Position numbers and translations under genes: made by a program | Shown here: piece by piece, positions 1 through 8,040 of the stretch | Numbering within the stretch: position 1 is the first letter of the stretch | Layout: the number at the start of each line of letters is the position of its first letter | The notes under the pieces: model-generated | Told to the model about the DNA's origin: nothing | Database searches by the model: none | The model's input: the letters and a program-made list of their open reading frames with translations, nothing else | Origin: Candidatus Nomurabacteria bacterium | GTDB lineage: Bacteria > Patescibacteriota > Minisyncoccia > Phycocordibacterales > SBAW01 | Assembly (NCBI GenBank): GCA_943356495.1 | Contig: CALRFF010000001.1 | Span: 24,957 to 88,956, forward strand | DNA length: 64,000 nt | Direction of reading: 5' to 3'

Positions 1-1
1 G

Positions 2-31
2 CAGACGTTGGGAGAGATGGGGATTCTTTAG
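2..31 (+). CDS. mraZ: 3' end of probable MraZ (partial)
   Basis: Frame reads QTLGEMGIL* and ends 3 nt before rsmH; mraZ-rsmH synteny is canonical. Confidence 0.6.
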   Translation, partial: QTLGEMGIL

Positions 32-34
32 CAT

Positions 35-976
35 ATGCCAAGCACTTTTAAATCAATGCCTGTTCGTGGTTCGCAGCGCTCATCTCGAGAGGAGGGCGCC
101 GAGGTTCGCGAGCAGGCATTGGTTCGAAAGCACGTAAGCGTGATGGCCAAAGAGGCTATCGAGCTTTTGGCGCTTACAGACGGCGACGTGGTGGTGGACG
201 CGACCTTTGGCGCGGGTGGCCACAGTGCGCTTATACAAAAGGCGGCTAAAGTGCACCTGATAACCGTTGATGCCGACCCTGCATCGGGCGCGCAGCATGC
301 GGCAAATTTCGGCGATCTTTCGCACGTGCTCGGTGCTCAGAAAATACATAAGGCGCTGTTTGACTTGGGCTGGAACAGCACCCAGCTTTCTTCCGGCCGC
401 GGATTTTCGTTTATGAGCGACGAGCCGCTCAATATGAGTTACGGCGAGCGGCCGCGCTCGGGCTTTACCGCCGCAGAAATTTTAAACACGTGGAGCGAAA
501 AGGTTATAGCCGACGCGCTGTTTGGCTACGGCGAGGAGCGCTACGCGCGCCGCATTGCCAAGGCAGTAGTTGAGCGGCGTGACCTGCACCCGTTTGCGAC
601 AACCATGGAGTTTGTCGAGCTTATTAAAGACGCCGTACCCGCAGCGTACCGCCGCGGCCGCTTGCACCCCGCCACGCGCTCGTTCCAAGCACTGCGCATT
701 GCGGTCAACGACGAGCTTGGTGCTATAGACGCCGGCCTGCGCGCCGCGTGGAAGCACTTGGCAACGGGTGGGCGCATCGTGGTTATCAGCTTTCATAGTA
801 TCGAGGACCGCGCGGTCAAACGCCTGTTTGCTTCGTTTGTAAAAAGCGGGGAGGGCAAGCCTGCCTTGCCGGCAGGCAGGTTGGTGGTCAAAAAGCCGCT
901 TATCGCAAGCAGCGAAGAAGTTAAGCGCAACCCGCCGAGCCGCAGCGCCAAAATGCGCGTTATCGAAAAACTATAA
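35..976 (+). CDS. rsmH: 16S rRNA m4C1402 methyltransferase RsmH (MraW)
   Basis: DATFGAGGHS, FDLG, HPATRSFQALRIAVN, ISFHSIEDR and NPPSRSAKMR motifs. Confidence 0.97.
   Translation: MPSTFKSMPVRGSQRSSREEGAEVREQALVRKHVSVMAKEAIELLALTDGDVVVDATFGAGGHSALIQKAAKVHLITVDADPASGAQHAANFGDLSHVLGAQKIHKALFDLGWNSTQLSSGRGFSFMSDEPLNMSYGERPRSGFTAAEILNTWSEKVIADALFGYGEERYARRIAKAVVERRDLHPFATTMEFVELIKDAVPAAYRRGRLHPATRSFQALRIAVNDELGAIDAGLRAAWKHLATGGRIVVISFHSIEDRAVKRLFASFVKSGEGKPALPAGRLVVKKPLIASSEEVKRNPPSRSAKMRVIEKL
45..130. repeat. Long imperfect palindrome inside the rsmH N-terminus
   Basis: CTTTT-A-AATCAATGCCTGTTCGTG pairs with CGCGAGCAGGCATTGGTT-C-GAAAG (with G:U pairs). Confidence 0.75.
860..880. repeat. 21-nt palindromic element CCTGCCTTGCCGGCAGGCAGG, in frame in rsmH (PALPAGR)
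   Basis: Near-perfect palindrome of exactly 7 codons; related copy near 59947-59965. Confidence 0.8.
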
Positions 977-977
977 T

Positions 978-1313
978 ATGAAAGCCCTCGCTCTATACCA
1001 GCAGTACTTCCGCAGCACTTTTGCGGTCTTGGCCTGCTTGTGCACCGTGTCGGTGTTTTTGTACGGTGTCTTTTTGCTCGAGGCGGTAGGACACACCGCC
1101 AACCGCGCCCGTGCCGGCCGCGCAGGCACCGAGATTAAAGCGCAATTGAGCGTGCTTGAAGGGCGCTATCTTACTGCAACGCAGGCGCTTACCCCCGCCC
1201 GCGCTACGGCGCTGGGCTTTGTGGCCCCCAAGGCGGTGGCTACGGTGTACGCCACCGACGCCTCGCGCATGCTGACCCTTACCACAGGCGATATATCTGC
1301 CGCGGCGCGGTAG
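978..1313 (+). CDS. FtsL-like cell division protein
   Basis: Single TM followed by short coiled segment ending A..LGF..P; lies between rsmH and the PBP gene. Confidence 0.6.
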   Translation: MKALALYQQYFRSTFAVLACLCTVSVFLYGVFLLEAVGHTANRARAGRAGTEIKAQLSVLEGRYLTATQALTPARATALGFVAPKAVATVYATDASRMLTLTTGDISAAAR

Positions 1314-1322
1314 AATAGCCCT

Positions 1323-2831
1323 ATGCAGCGCTACTTAGGCCGTATACGTGTATTGACGGCTGTATGTGTTTTGGTGGTACTGGTAATAGTCGGCAGGCTC
1401 TATTATCTGCAAGTCATGCGGGGCGACAGTTATGCCCGCAAAGCGGACGCGCAATTTACGGTGTCGCACGACCCGCTGCTCGACCGCGGGACCATTTACT
1501 TTACCGACAAAGACGGCGTGCAAGTAACCGCGGCGACTTTGCACCCCGTTGCTTCCTCGACCAACCATCAACGCTACTACCCCGGCGGCTCTTTGGCGGC
1601 GCAGGAAATCGGTTTTGTCGCATACAACAACGACCACATACAAAAAGGCCGCTACGGGTTGGAGCGCTATTATGACGAGACGCTAAGCCGAACCGACAGC
1701 TACTCAAACTTTTTTGTACAACTCTTCGGCAGTGTAAAAACAGCCATCGAGGGAGGGCAAGGGCAGGGCGATGTAATTACGACCATCGAGCCGTCGGTGC
1801 AGGCCGAACTTGAGCGCACACTGGCCGACTACGCCGCCAGCTGGCACCCCACACTTGGCGGCGGCATTGTGATGGATCCAAAAACCGGCGAGGTGGTGGC
1901 TATGGCGGTGTATCCGACCTTTGACCTTAACTCTTTTAATACGCAGACCGACCCGTTGATATACGCCAATCCGATGGTGCAAAACGTGTACGAGATGGGC
2001 TCGATTATTAAGCCGCTTACGCTGGCGGCGGGGCTCGACTCCGGCGCCATAACCGAAAAGACAACCTACAACGACACCGGCTGTATCGAGGTTGATACTA
2101 AAAAAATATGTAACTTCGACGGCAAGGCGCGCGGCGTTATACCGGTGCAGGAAATTTTAAACCAGTCGCTTAACGTCGGTGCTTCGTTTGTGGCAACTAA
2201 AATGGGGCAGGCAACCCAACGGGAATACTTTTTAAATCGTTACAAACTAGGGGAAGAGACGGGTACCGACCTGCCTGCCGAAGGGCATGGGCTTATGTCG
2301 CCGCTTAAAACAAACCGGCAGGTCGAGTTTAACAGCGCGTCCTATGGGCAGGCTATCGCCATGACGCCTATTGCGACCGTGCGCGCCTTGGCGACGCTTG
2401 CCAACGGTGGCTTGCTGGTGACTCCGCATTTGGCAAAAGCGGTAACCTACGACAGCGGCGTTACGCGCGCGCTTGGCTGGGGCGAGCCGGTGCCGGTGCT
2501 TAAGCCCGAGACATCCACTACTATTAGCCGCATGCTTACCACGGTGGTGGACACGTCGCTGGTGCACGGCGACACTAAGCTCGAGCACTATAGCGTTGCA
2601 GCAAAAACAGGCACCGCGCAAATTGCCAACCCTGCAGGCGGCGGCTATTATGCCGACCGGTATCTGCATAGCTTTTTCGGATACTTTCCTTCGTACGATG
2701 CTAAGTTTGTGGTATTTCTTTTTGCGGTCGAGCCGCAAGGGGCATCGTTTGCCAGCCAGACATGGGCATCGCCGTTCCACGCGCTGACCAAGTTCCTGAT
2801 AAACTACTATCAAATCCCGCCCGACCGCTAA
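1323..2831 (+). CDS. ftsI: Class B penicillin-binding protein (FtsI/PBP2-like)
   Basis: N-terminal TM, RGTIY, RYYP, GLE; SIIK, SLN and KTG catalytic motifs. Confidence 0.9.
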   Translation: MQRYLGRIRVLTAVCVLVVLVIVGRLYYLQVMRGDSYARKADAQFTVSHDPLLDRGTIYFTDKDGVQVTAATLHPVASSTNHQRYYPGGSLAAQEIGFVAYNNDHIQKGRYGLERYYDETLSRTDSYSNFFVQLFGSVKTAIEGGQGQGDVITTIEPSVQAELERTLADYAASWHPTLGGGIVMDPKTGEVVAMAVYPTFDLNSFNTQTDPLIYANPMVQNVYEMGSIIKPLTLAAGLDSGAITEKTTYNDTGCIEVDTKKICNFDGKARGVIPVQEILNQSLNVGASFVATKMGQATQREYFLNRYKLGEETGTDLPAEGHGLMSPLKTNRQVEFNSASYGQAIAMTPIATVRALATLANGGLLVTPHLAKAVTYDSGVTRALGWGEPVPVLKPETSTTISRMLTTVVDTSLVHGDTKLEHYSVAAKTGTAQIANPAGGGYYADRYLHSFFGYFPSYDAKFVVFLFAVEPQGASFASQTWASPFHALTKFLINYYQIPPDR

Positions 2832-2832
2832 C

Positions 2833-4140
2833 ATGCGCACTCTTTTTAAAAAATGTATTGTCGCCGTTATTACGTGGGAGGCGCGTCTGGTCCTGCGCAA
2901 ATACAAGCCCAAGATTATTGCGATTACCGGGAGTGTGGGCAAAACATCGACCAAAGACGCTATCTACGCAGCCTTGCGCAAAAGCGAGCATGTCCGCAAG
3001 TCGGAAAAGAGTTTTAACAGCGAGGTAGGTATCCCGCTTACTATACTGGGCGCGCCCAACGGTTGGAGCAACCCTTTCCGCTGGCTGGTAACTATAGTTG
3101 ACGGTTTGTCGTTGGTATTATTTACCACCCGGTATCCGGAGTGGTTGGTGCTCGAGGTGGGCGCCGACCGCCCCGGCGACATACGCTCGCTCAGCGGCTG
3201 GTTGCGCGTGCAGGTAGCGGTGATTACGCGGTTGCCGGAGCTGCCGGTGCATGTAGAGTTTTTTGACTCGCCCGAAGCCGTGATAGAGGAAAAAGCTTCG
3301 CTTATAAACGCATTGGTGCGCGGCGGCACGCTTATACTTTTTGGCGACGATCCGCGCACGCGTGCGCTCGAGCGTCGCTTGCCGGAGACCGGCGGCACAC
3401 TTATAACATTTGGTTTTGACGAGGATAACGATGTCCGCGGTGTCGAGGTGCAAGCCTTGCGCGACGAAGAAGGCGGCTGGCCCGTGGGCATGGCCGCAAC
3501 TATTACCGCCGGAGAAAGCCGCGCGCATCTTACTGTCCGCGGCGCGCTCGGTGCGCATGCCTTTTTGCCCGCACTCGGCGCGGCGGCGGTTGCGGGCGCG
3601 CTTGGTAAAGACATACACGATGTAGCCGCCGCATTGGCAGGGTATGAGCCGCCCGCGGGTCGTATGCGCTTGCTGCAGGGTATTAAAGACACGCTGGTTA
3701 TAGACGACACCTACAACGCCAGCCCCGCGGCCACCTCGGCCGCGCTCGAGGCGCTGGCGCTGGCACACCGGCCGCGTGGGCGTGAGGTGGCGGCGCTCGG
3801 CGACATGCTTGAGCTAGGGCGCACCTCGGTGCAAGAGCATAAAAAGTTAGGGGCCCTGTGCGCTAAAACCTGTAAACTGCTTATTACCGTGGGCTTTCGC
3901 GCCCGCGACATTGCGCAGGGCGCGCTCGATGCCGGCATGGACGAAAGCAAGATATTTCAATACGAAGACTCCGCGGTAGCGGGCAGGGAACTACAAAACA
4001 TGCTCAAGGCCGGCGACGTTGTGCTATGCAAAGGCTCACAAAGTATACGCATGGAGCGCGTGGTAGAGGAACTAATGGCCGAGCCCAACCGCGCGGCAGA
4101 GTTGTTGGTGCGGCAGGACGCAGAGTGGAAAAAACGCTGA
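2833..4140 (+). CDS. murF: UDP-MurNAc-tripeptide:D-Ala-D-Ala ligase MurF
   Basis: ITGSVGKTSTK P-loop, DDTYNASP, LGDMLELG, KGSQ. Confidence 0.93.
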   Translation: MRTLFKKCIVAVITWEARLVLRKYKPKIIAITGSVGKTSTKDAIYAALRKSEHVRKSEKSFNSEVGIPLTILGAPNGWSNPFRWLVTIVDGLSLVLFTTRYPEWLVLEVGADRPGDIRSLSGWLRVQVAVITRLPELPVHVEFFDSPEAVIEEKASLINALVRGGTLILFGDDPRTRALERRLPETGGTLITFGFDEDNDVRGVEVQALRDEEGGWPVGMAATITAGESRAHLTVRGALGAHAFLPALGAAAVAGALGKDIHDVAAALAGYEPPAGRMRLLQGIKDTLVIDDTYNASPAATSAALEALALAHRPRGREVAALGDMLELGRTSVQEHKKLGALCAKTCKLLITVGFRARDIAQGALDAGMDESKIFQYEDSAVAGRELQNMLKAGDVVLCKGSQSIRMERVVEELMAEPNRAAELLVRQDAEWKKR

Positions 4141-4162
4141 TTGTGTTGTAAATTGTTTTATT

Positions 4163-4234
4163 GGCCCTATCGTCTAACGGTTAGGACGGAAGCTTCTCAA
4201 GCTTTAAATCGGGGTTCGATTCCCCGTAGGGTCA
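4163..4234 (+). tRNA. tRNA-Glu(CTC)
   Basis: Cloverleaf GGCCCTA...TAGGGTC-A, anticodon loop TT-CTC-AA, GGTTCGATTCC T-arm; CCA not encoded. Confidence 0.96.
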
Positions 4235-4371
4235 CAAAGTGAAGCAAAAACAAACTGTTTTGTTTTTGCAAACATTTGTGAGGCCGGAGCGATGTTTTGC
4301 ACTTGCAAAACCGCGAGGCGGGGGCTGCGACCAAATTTTGCGACGGCAAAGTTTGAGTTGTGGCCACAAAC
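4235..4371. other. Multi-hairpin structured element directly 3' of tRNA-Glu
   Basis: Stems GCAAAAACAAA/TTTGTTTTTGC, GTTTTGCA/TGCAAAAC and GGCTGCGAC-CAAATTTTGC/GCAAAGTTTG-A-GTTGTGGCC. Confidence 0.55.
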
Positions 4372-4377
4372 CAAAAG

Positions 4378-4408
4378 AAAAACCGCGCAGCAAGTGCTGC
4401 GCGGTCTG
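4378..4408 (-). terminator. Intrinsic terminator
   Basis: ACCGCGCAGCA-AG-TGCTGCGCGGT preceded by an A-run (U-tract on minus strand). Confidence 0.8.
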
Positions 4409-4411
4409 GCG

Positions 4412-4759
4412 TTACGTCGCCGGTTGTGACATCTGCGGCTGGGGCCGCGCGGAGCGGCCGGAGTCGTAGCGCGCACGTCCTGCCCGCGGCTTCTGCAAAT
4501 GCTCGACCACTTGCGTGGCGACGAGCACATACAGGGCAAAGATAGCGGGCTCGAGCGGCTTGGCCGTGGTGGCGCTCCTGACCGCGCTTTCGATCAGTTG
4601 GCTTTGCTTCAGGCCCGAGTCGCGCAAGTTGGCGAGGATGCCGCCGACGTTGCGTAAAATGCGCGTGCTTGGGGTGTGGGGCGGATTTCTCCCCAGAGCG
4701 ATTTGGATGCCCCTTCTGACCTGTTCGTCGGTAAATACTTTAAACCCCTGATGTCTCAA
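4412..4759 (-). CDS. Orphan hypothetical protein (~115 aa, probable TTG start)
   Basis: SD-like AGGGGAG before TTG, upstream TATAGT at 4802-4807, terminator right after the stop. Confidence 0.55.
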   Translation of the reverse strand: MRHQGFKVFTDEQVRRGIQIALGRNPPHTPSTRILRNVGGILANLRDSGLKQSQLIESAVRSATTAKPLEPAIFALYVLVATQVVEHLQKPRAGRARYDSGRSARPQPQMSQPAT

Positions 4760-4810
4760 GCGATTCTCCCCTAAGTTCAGCTTCAGTGTCGTCTGGCAAG
4801 CACTATAGAT

Positions 4811-4841
4811 AAAAAAGCTCCCCGAGACAAGCTCGGGGAGT
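4811..4841 (-). terminator. Terminator / REP-like hairpin CTCCCCGAG-ACAAG-CTCGGGGAG
   Basis: 9-bp GC-rich stem plus A-run. Confidence 0.75.
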
Positions 4842-4848
4842 AGTAACT

Positions 4849-5184
4849 TCATTCGGCCGCTTCGCTAAAGAAGGGCAGGCTGTCTTGCACAAAGTGCATG
4901 GGCTTTGCTTCGTCCATGTACTTCTTGAGCCGCTTACCGCGCTCGGCGTCGAGGTCGATAGCCCGCTCGGGCTTCGGCTCGGGCAGGTCGCGGTCACCGT
5001 TCTTGCGAGCGGTTAACGCTACGGTAGCTTGCACCACTTGTGGTGCGTGCCCGATGTACGGCCACTCCGACGGCCTTGCGAGCCCAAGGTCGCGACGGCG
5101 ACGTTTTGCCGCACGACGTGCAACCGCATTGCCCCATCGCTCAAAAATTGCTCCGAGCTCCGAGTCCTTCTCGAATTCTGTCAT
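4849..5184 (-). CDS. Orphan hypothetical protein, Arg-rich
   Basis: SD GGGAGAGG 5 nt before ATG, own promoter and terminator. Confidence 0.6.
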   Translation of the reverse strand: MTEFEKDSELGAIFERWGNAVARRAAKRRRRDLGLARPSEWPYIGHAPQVVQATVALTARKNGDRDLPEPKPERAIDLDAERGKRLKKYMDEAKPMHFVQDSLPFFSEAAE

Positions 5185-5251
5185 GACACCTCTCCCGAGT
5201 TGGGAGGGTACGCACTACCTATGAGACCCCTCAGTCTCTCCCTCTGCGCCT

Positions 5252-5279
5252 ATAATACACAAAATCACCTGAAAGTCAA
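5252..5279 (-). promoter_or_regulatory. Sigma70-type promoter
   Basis: TTGACT-16 nt-TATTAT on minus strand. Confidence 0.6.
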
Positions 5280-5301
5280 GTGATTCGGTGGGGAAAAGCG
5301 G

Positions 5302-5754
5302 TTATGCAAACATCCCGTCTACTACAGCCTTTACAGCATTGCCGTCGGCCTTGCCTTTAAGGTCTTTCATCAGCATACCCATGAGTTTGTTGGCGCCGGT
5401 TTTGTCAGTAACCCCCAACTCGGCAGCTTTGGCTTTAGCCGCTGCAATAATTTCCTCTTGCGACATTTGGGCGGGGAGCATCGTCTCGAGTATCGCCAGC
5501 TCCTCTTTTTCGCTTACGGCAAGTTCGGGGCGGCCGCCTTTCTCAAACTGTTCGATAGAGTCTTTGCGCTGTTTTGAGGCGCGGATAATAACCGACAAGA
5601 CTTCGTCTTCGGTAAGTACGCCGTCGGGACCTTTGCCTTTGGTAACCGCCTCGTTGGTCATGGCCGAAAGGAGCCCGCGGATAACATTGAGCTTTACCGG
5701 CTCCTTGGCCTTCATGGCGGCCTTCATTGCTTCTTTTAGTTCTGCTTGGGTCAT
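5302..5754 (-). CDS. yqeY: GatB/YqeY domain protein
   Basis: AMKAK...KQRKDSIEQFEKGGR.EL...E..IL..LP.Q signature. Confidence 0.93.
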   Translation of the reverse strand: MTQAELKEAMKAAMKAKEPVKLNVIRGLLSAMTNEAVTKGKGPDGVLTEDEVLSVIIRASKQRKDSIEQFEKGGRPELAVSEKEELAILETMLPAQMSQEEIIAAAKAKAAELGVTDKTGANKLMGMLMKDLKGKADGNAVKAVVDGMFA

Positions 5755-5768
5755 GGCATGATAGTACA

Positions 5769-6869
5769 ATGGATTTGCTTACGATTCTAGTAGTAGTGGC
5801 CATACTTTTGCTCGGTGGCACTCTGGGTATGGTGTACGTTTTGTGGCGCAAATTGCAAGAGCCGGCTGCTGCCCAAGACACCTCGAGCCTGCTTATGATG
5901 CAAAACCAGCTGGCCGAGCTTACCCGCTCGATGGACAGCAAGCTTGGCGAGGGGACCAAGACCATGTCGGAGTTTATGATGACGCAGACCGACCAAGGTC
6001 GTGCACTCATGGCGACTATTACCAAACAGGTGGGCGACCAACTTATCGAGGTAGTTAAGGGTGTGAGCGAGACTAGAGAATCTACGAAGCAAATCTTTAC
6101 CATCGCCGAGCAGTTGGGCAACTTAGAAAAAGTGTTAAAGAACCAAAAGCAGCGCGGCAACTTGGGCGAGGCAAGCTTAGAGCTTGTGATGAGCAACATT
6201 TTGCCGCCCGGTGCCTATGCGATGCAGTATGAGTTCCCGGGTGGGGACACGGTTGATGCTATTATCCGCACCAAAGAGGGCTTTATACCGGTCGACGCCA
6301 AGTTCCCGCTCGAAAATTATTCGCGCCTGCGCGACGAAAAGGATGATATCCGCCGCGGGGAATACGAGGAGGCGTTTAAAAAAGACCTCAAAAAGCGCAT
6401 CGACGAAACGAGTAAGTATGTCCGCCCTAAAGACGGCACGCTACCGTTTGCGTTTATGTATATACCGGCAGAGGGTATCTACTACGACTTGCTTAACGAC
6501 GGCGTGGGCGCGGTCAACACGCGCAGCCTGCTTGATTATGCGCAAAACGACCGCAAGGTCATTATCGTAAGTCCGACCACTTTTGCCGCCTACCTGCAGT
6601 CAGTACTCTACGGCTTTAAGGCATTTAAGATAGAGGAACAGGCTAAAGATATCGCCAAAAACGTTGAGGCGCTGGGCCGGCACATCAATGCGTATCAGGA
6701 CTACTACAAAAAGCTCGGTGCATCGCTCTCGACCACGGTCAACCATTTTAACGCGGGCACCAAGGAGCTCGGTAAGATTGAAAAAGATGTGCTTAAAATT
6801 GACGCCTCGGCCGATATAGCGATAGACATACCGCTCCTTGATCGCCCTGTTGTTGAAGGTAAAGAATAA
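5769..6869 (+). CDS. rmuC: DNA recombination protein RmuC
   Basis: N-terminal TM, RGNLGE, VDAKFPLENY, FAFMYIPAEGIY, SPTT. Confidence 0.93.
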   Translation: MDLLTILVVVAILLLGGTLGMVYVLWRKLQEPAAAQDTSSLLMMQNQLAELTRSMDSKLGEGTKTMSEFMMTQTDQGRALMATITKQVGDQLIEVVKGVSETRESTKQIFTIAEQLGNLEKVLKNQKQRGNLGEASLELVMSNILPPGAYAMQYEFPGGDTVDAIIRTKEGFIPVDAKFPLENYSRLRDEKDDIRRGEYEEAFKKDLKKRIDETSKYVRPKDGTLPFAFMYIPAEGIYYDLLNDGVGAVNTRSLLDYAQNDRKVIIVSPTTFAAYLQSVLYGFKAFKIEEQAKDIAKNVEALGRHINAYQDYYKKLGASLSTTVNHFNAGTKELGKIEKDVLKIDASADIAIDIPLLDRPVVEGKE

Positions 6870-6894
6870 AAAATCCGCGCCAAGGTGGCGCGGA
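6868..6894. terminator. Terminator between rmuC and the convergent microprotein gene
   Basis: AAAAAA-TCCGCGCCA-AGG-TGGCGCGGA. Confidence 0.75.
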
Positions 6895-6903
6895 CCTCCG
6901 TAT

Positions 6904-6996
6904 TTATAGGCGTTCTTCCTTGGAGCGTTGCCGGTTGAGCCACCAGACATGTCCGAGCGCGGCAAGGACGATACCTGCAAAAATCAGATACGGCAT
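6904..6996 (-). CDS. 30-aa membrane microprotein MPYLIFAGIVLAALGHVWWLNRQRSKEERL
   Basis: Translated manually; SD GGGAGAGAGG, upstream TACTAT, downstream terminator. Confidence 0.7.
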   Translation of the reverse strand: MPYLIFAGIVLAALGHVWWLNRQRSKEERL

Positions 6997-7102
6997 AGCC
7001 TCTCTCCCTAGACTTTTGTAGTTTCTGTCTTCTGGCTATAGTATTGCACAAATAGGGCTTTTGGGCTAGTATATTTCCACGAGCCACAGGGCTCGATTTT
7101 AT

Positions 7103-7426
7103 ATGAAAGAATTCGCGATAATCAAGACCGGCGGCAAGCAATACCTCGTCGAGGAGGGCACCGTCGTCAAAATCGAGAGCCTTAAGGGCGACCTTAAAAT
7201 TGGGGACAAAGTGTCCTTTGATGAGGTGCTCCTTAGCGACAATGGCAAGGACGCCACGACTGTCGGTGCCCCTTTTATTAAAGGCGCCAAAGTAGAGGCG
7301 ACGGTGCAAAAAATCGCCCGCGCCAAAAAGGTTACGGTTATTAAATACAAGGCAAAGAGCAACTACTTTAAAAAGCGCGGCCATCGCCAACCGTTTATGG
7401 AGGTTAAAATAACCAAACTCGCCTAG
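7103..7426 (+). CDS. rplU: 50S ribosomal protein L21
   Basis: AIIKTGGKQY...GHRQP. Confidence 0.98.
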   Translation: MKEFAIIKTGGKQYLVEEGTVVKIESLKGDLKIGDKVSFDEVLLSDNGKDATTVGAPFIKGAKVEATVQKIARAKKVTVIKYKAKSNYFKKRGHRQPFMEVKITKLA

Positions 7427-7427
7427 C

Positions 7428-7453
7428 AAAAACTCCCCGCAAGGGGAGTTTTT
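7428..7453. terminator. Bidirectional terminator
   Basis: AAAAACTCCCC-GCAA-GGGGAGTTTTT. Confidence 0.9.
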
Positions 7454-8036
7454 AGTTGCGTGAGTTAAGTGCGCTGGCAATGGTGTCTGGGTCGGCATAC
7501 TCGAGCTCCGAGCCGGTCGAGAGCCCGCGCCCAAGCGACGATATAGTAAGCCCCGTGTCTTTAAGCGTTTCCTGCAGGAGTTGGCGGGTATGGTCGCCCT
7601 CGGTCGTGGCCGACAGACCAAGGATAATCTCGGTTAGGCCGTTTTCGGCAATCCGTTTTTTTAGCTCGCGCAGGCGGATATGTTTAACCGGCTCTTCGCT
7701 CCCCAGTGGGATAGTGCCCCCCAGTACAAAGTAACGCCCCTTGTAGCCGCTGCGCTCGACGTTGTCGATGTCGGCATCTTTTTCGATAACAAACAGAGTG
7801 GCGGCGTCGCGCGAGCTGTTGCCGCACACCGCACACAGCCCGCTTTTGCCCACAAACCAGCGGTAGCACTCGGTGCACTGGCTGGTGTTGGCCCCGAGAG
7901 CTTTTATCTGCTCGGCCATGTCGGCGCGCAGGTTCGGGGCCGCGCTCAGCAGGTATTGCACAAAGCGGCGGGCCTGCCGCGGCCCGATACCGGGGAACTT
8001 TTCAAACGCTTCGGTCAGCCGGTCAATCGGATTCAT
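7452..8036 (-). CDS. recR: Recombination mediator RecR
   Basis: PGIGPRQA HhH, C4 zinc finger, Toprim (TTEGDHT), ELEYAD. Confidence 0.96.
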   Translation of the reverse strand: MNPIDRLTEAFEKFPGIGPRQARRFVQYLLSAAPNLRADMAEQIKALGANTSQCTECYRWFVGKSGLCAVCGNSSRDAATLFVIEKDADIDNVERSGYKGRYFVLGGTIPLGSEEPVKHIRLRELKKRIAENGLTEIILGLSATTEGDHTRQLLQETLKDTGLTISSLGRGLSTGSELEYADPDTIASALNSRN

Positions 8037-8040
8037 ATGT

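Noticed and set aside
2270-2290. CCTGCCTGCCGAAGGGCATGG resembling the PALPAGR element
   Set aside because: Encodes the conserved PBP DLPxE motif with no length insertion
4235-5290. Integrative island at tRNA-Glu
   Set aside because: No integrase and no duplicated tRNA 3' end found
7428-7453. Near-identical hairpins at 7428 and 55973 as a mobile repeat
   Set aside because: Both are short bidirectional terminators between convergent genes; convergence is sufficient explanation
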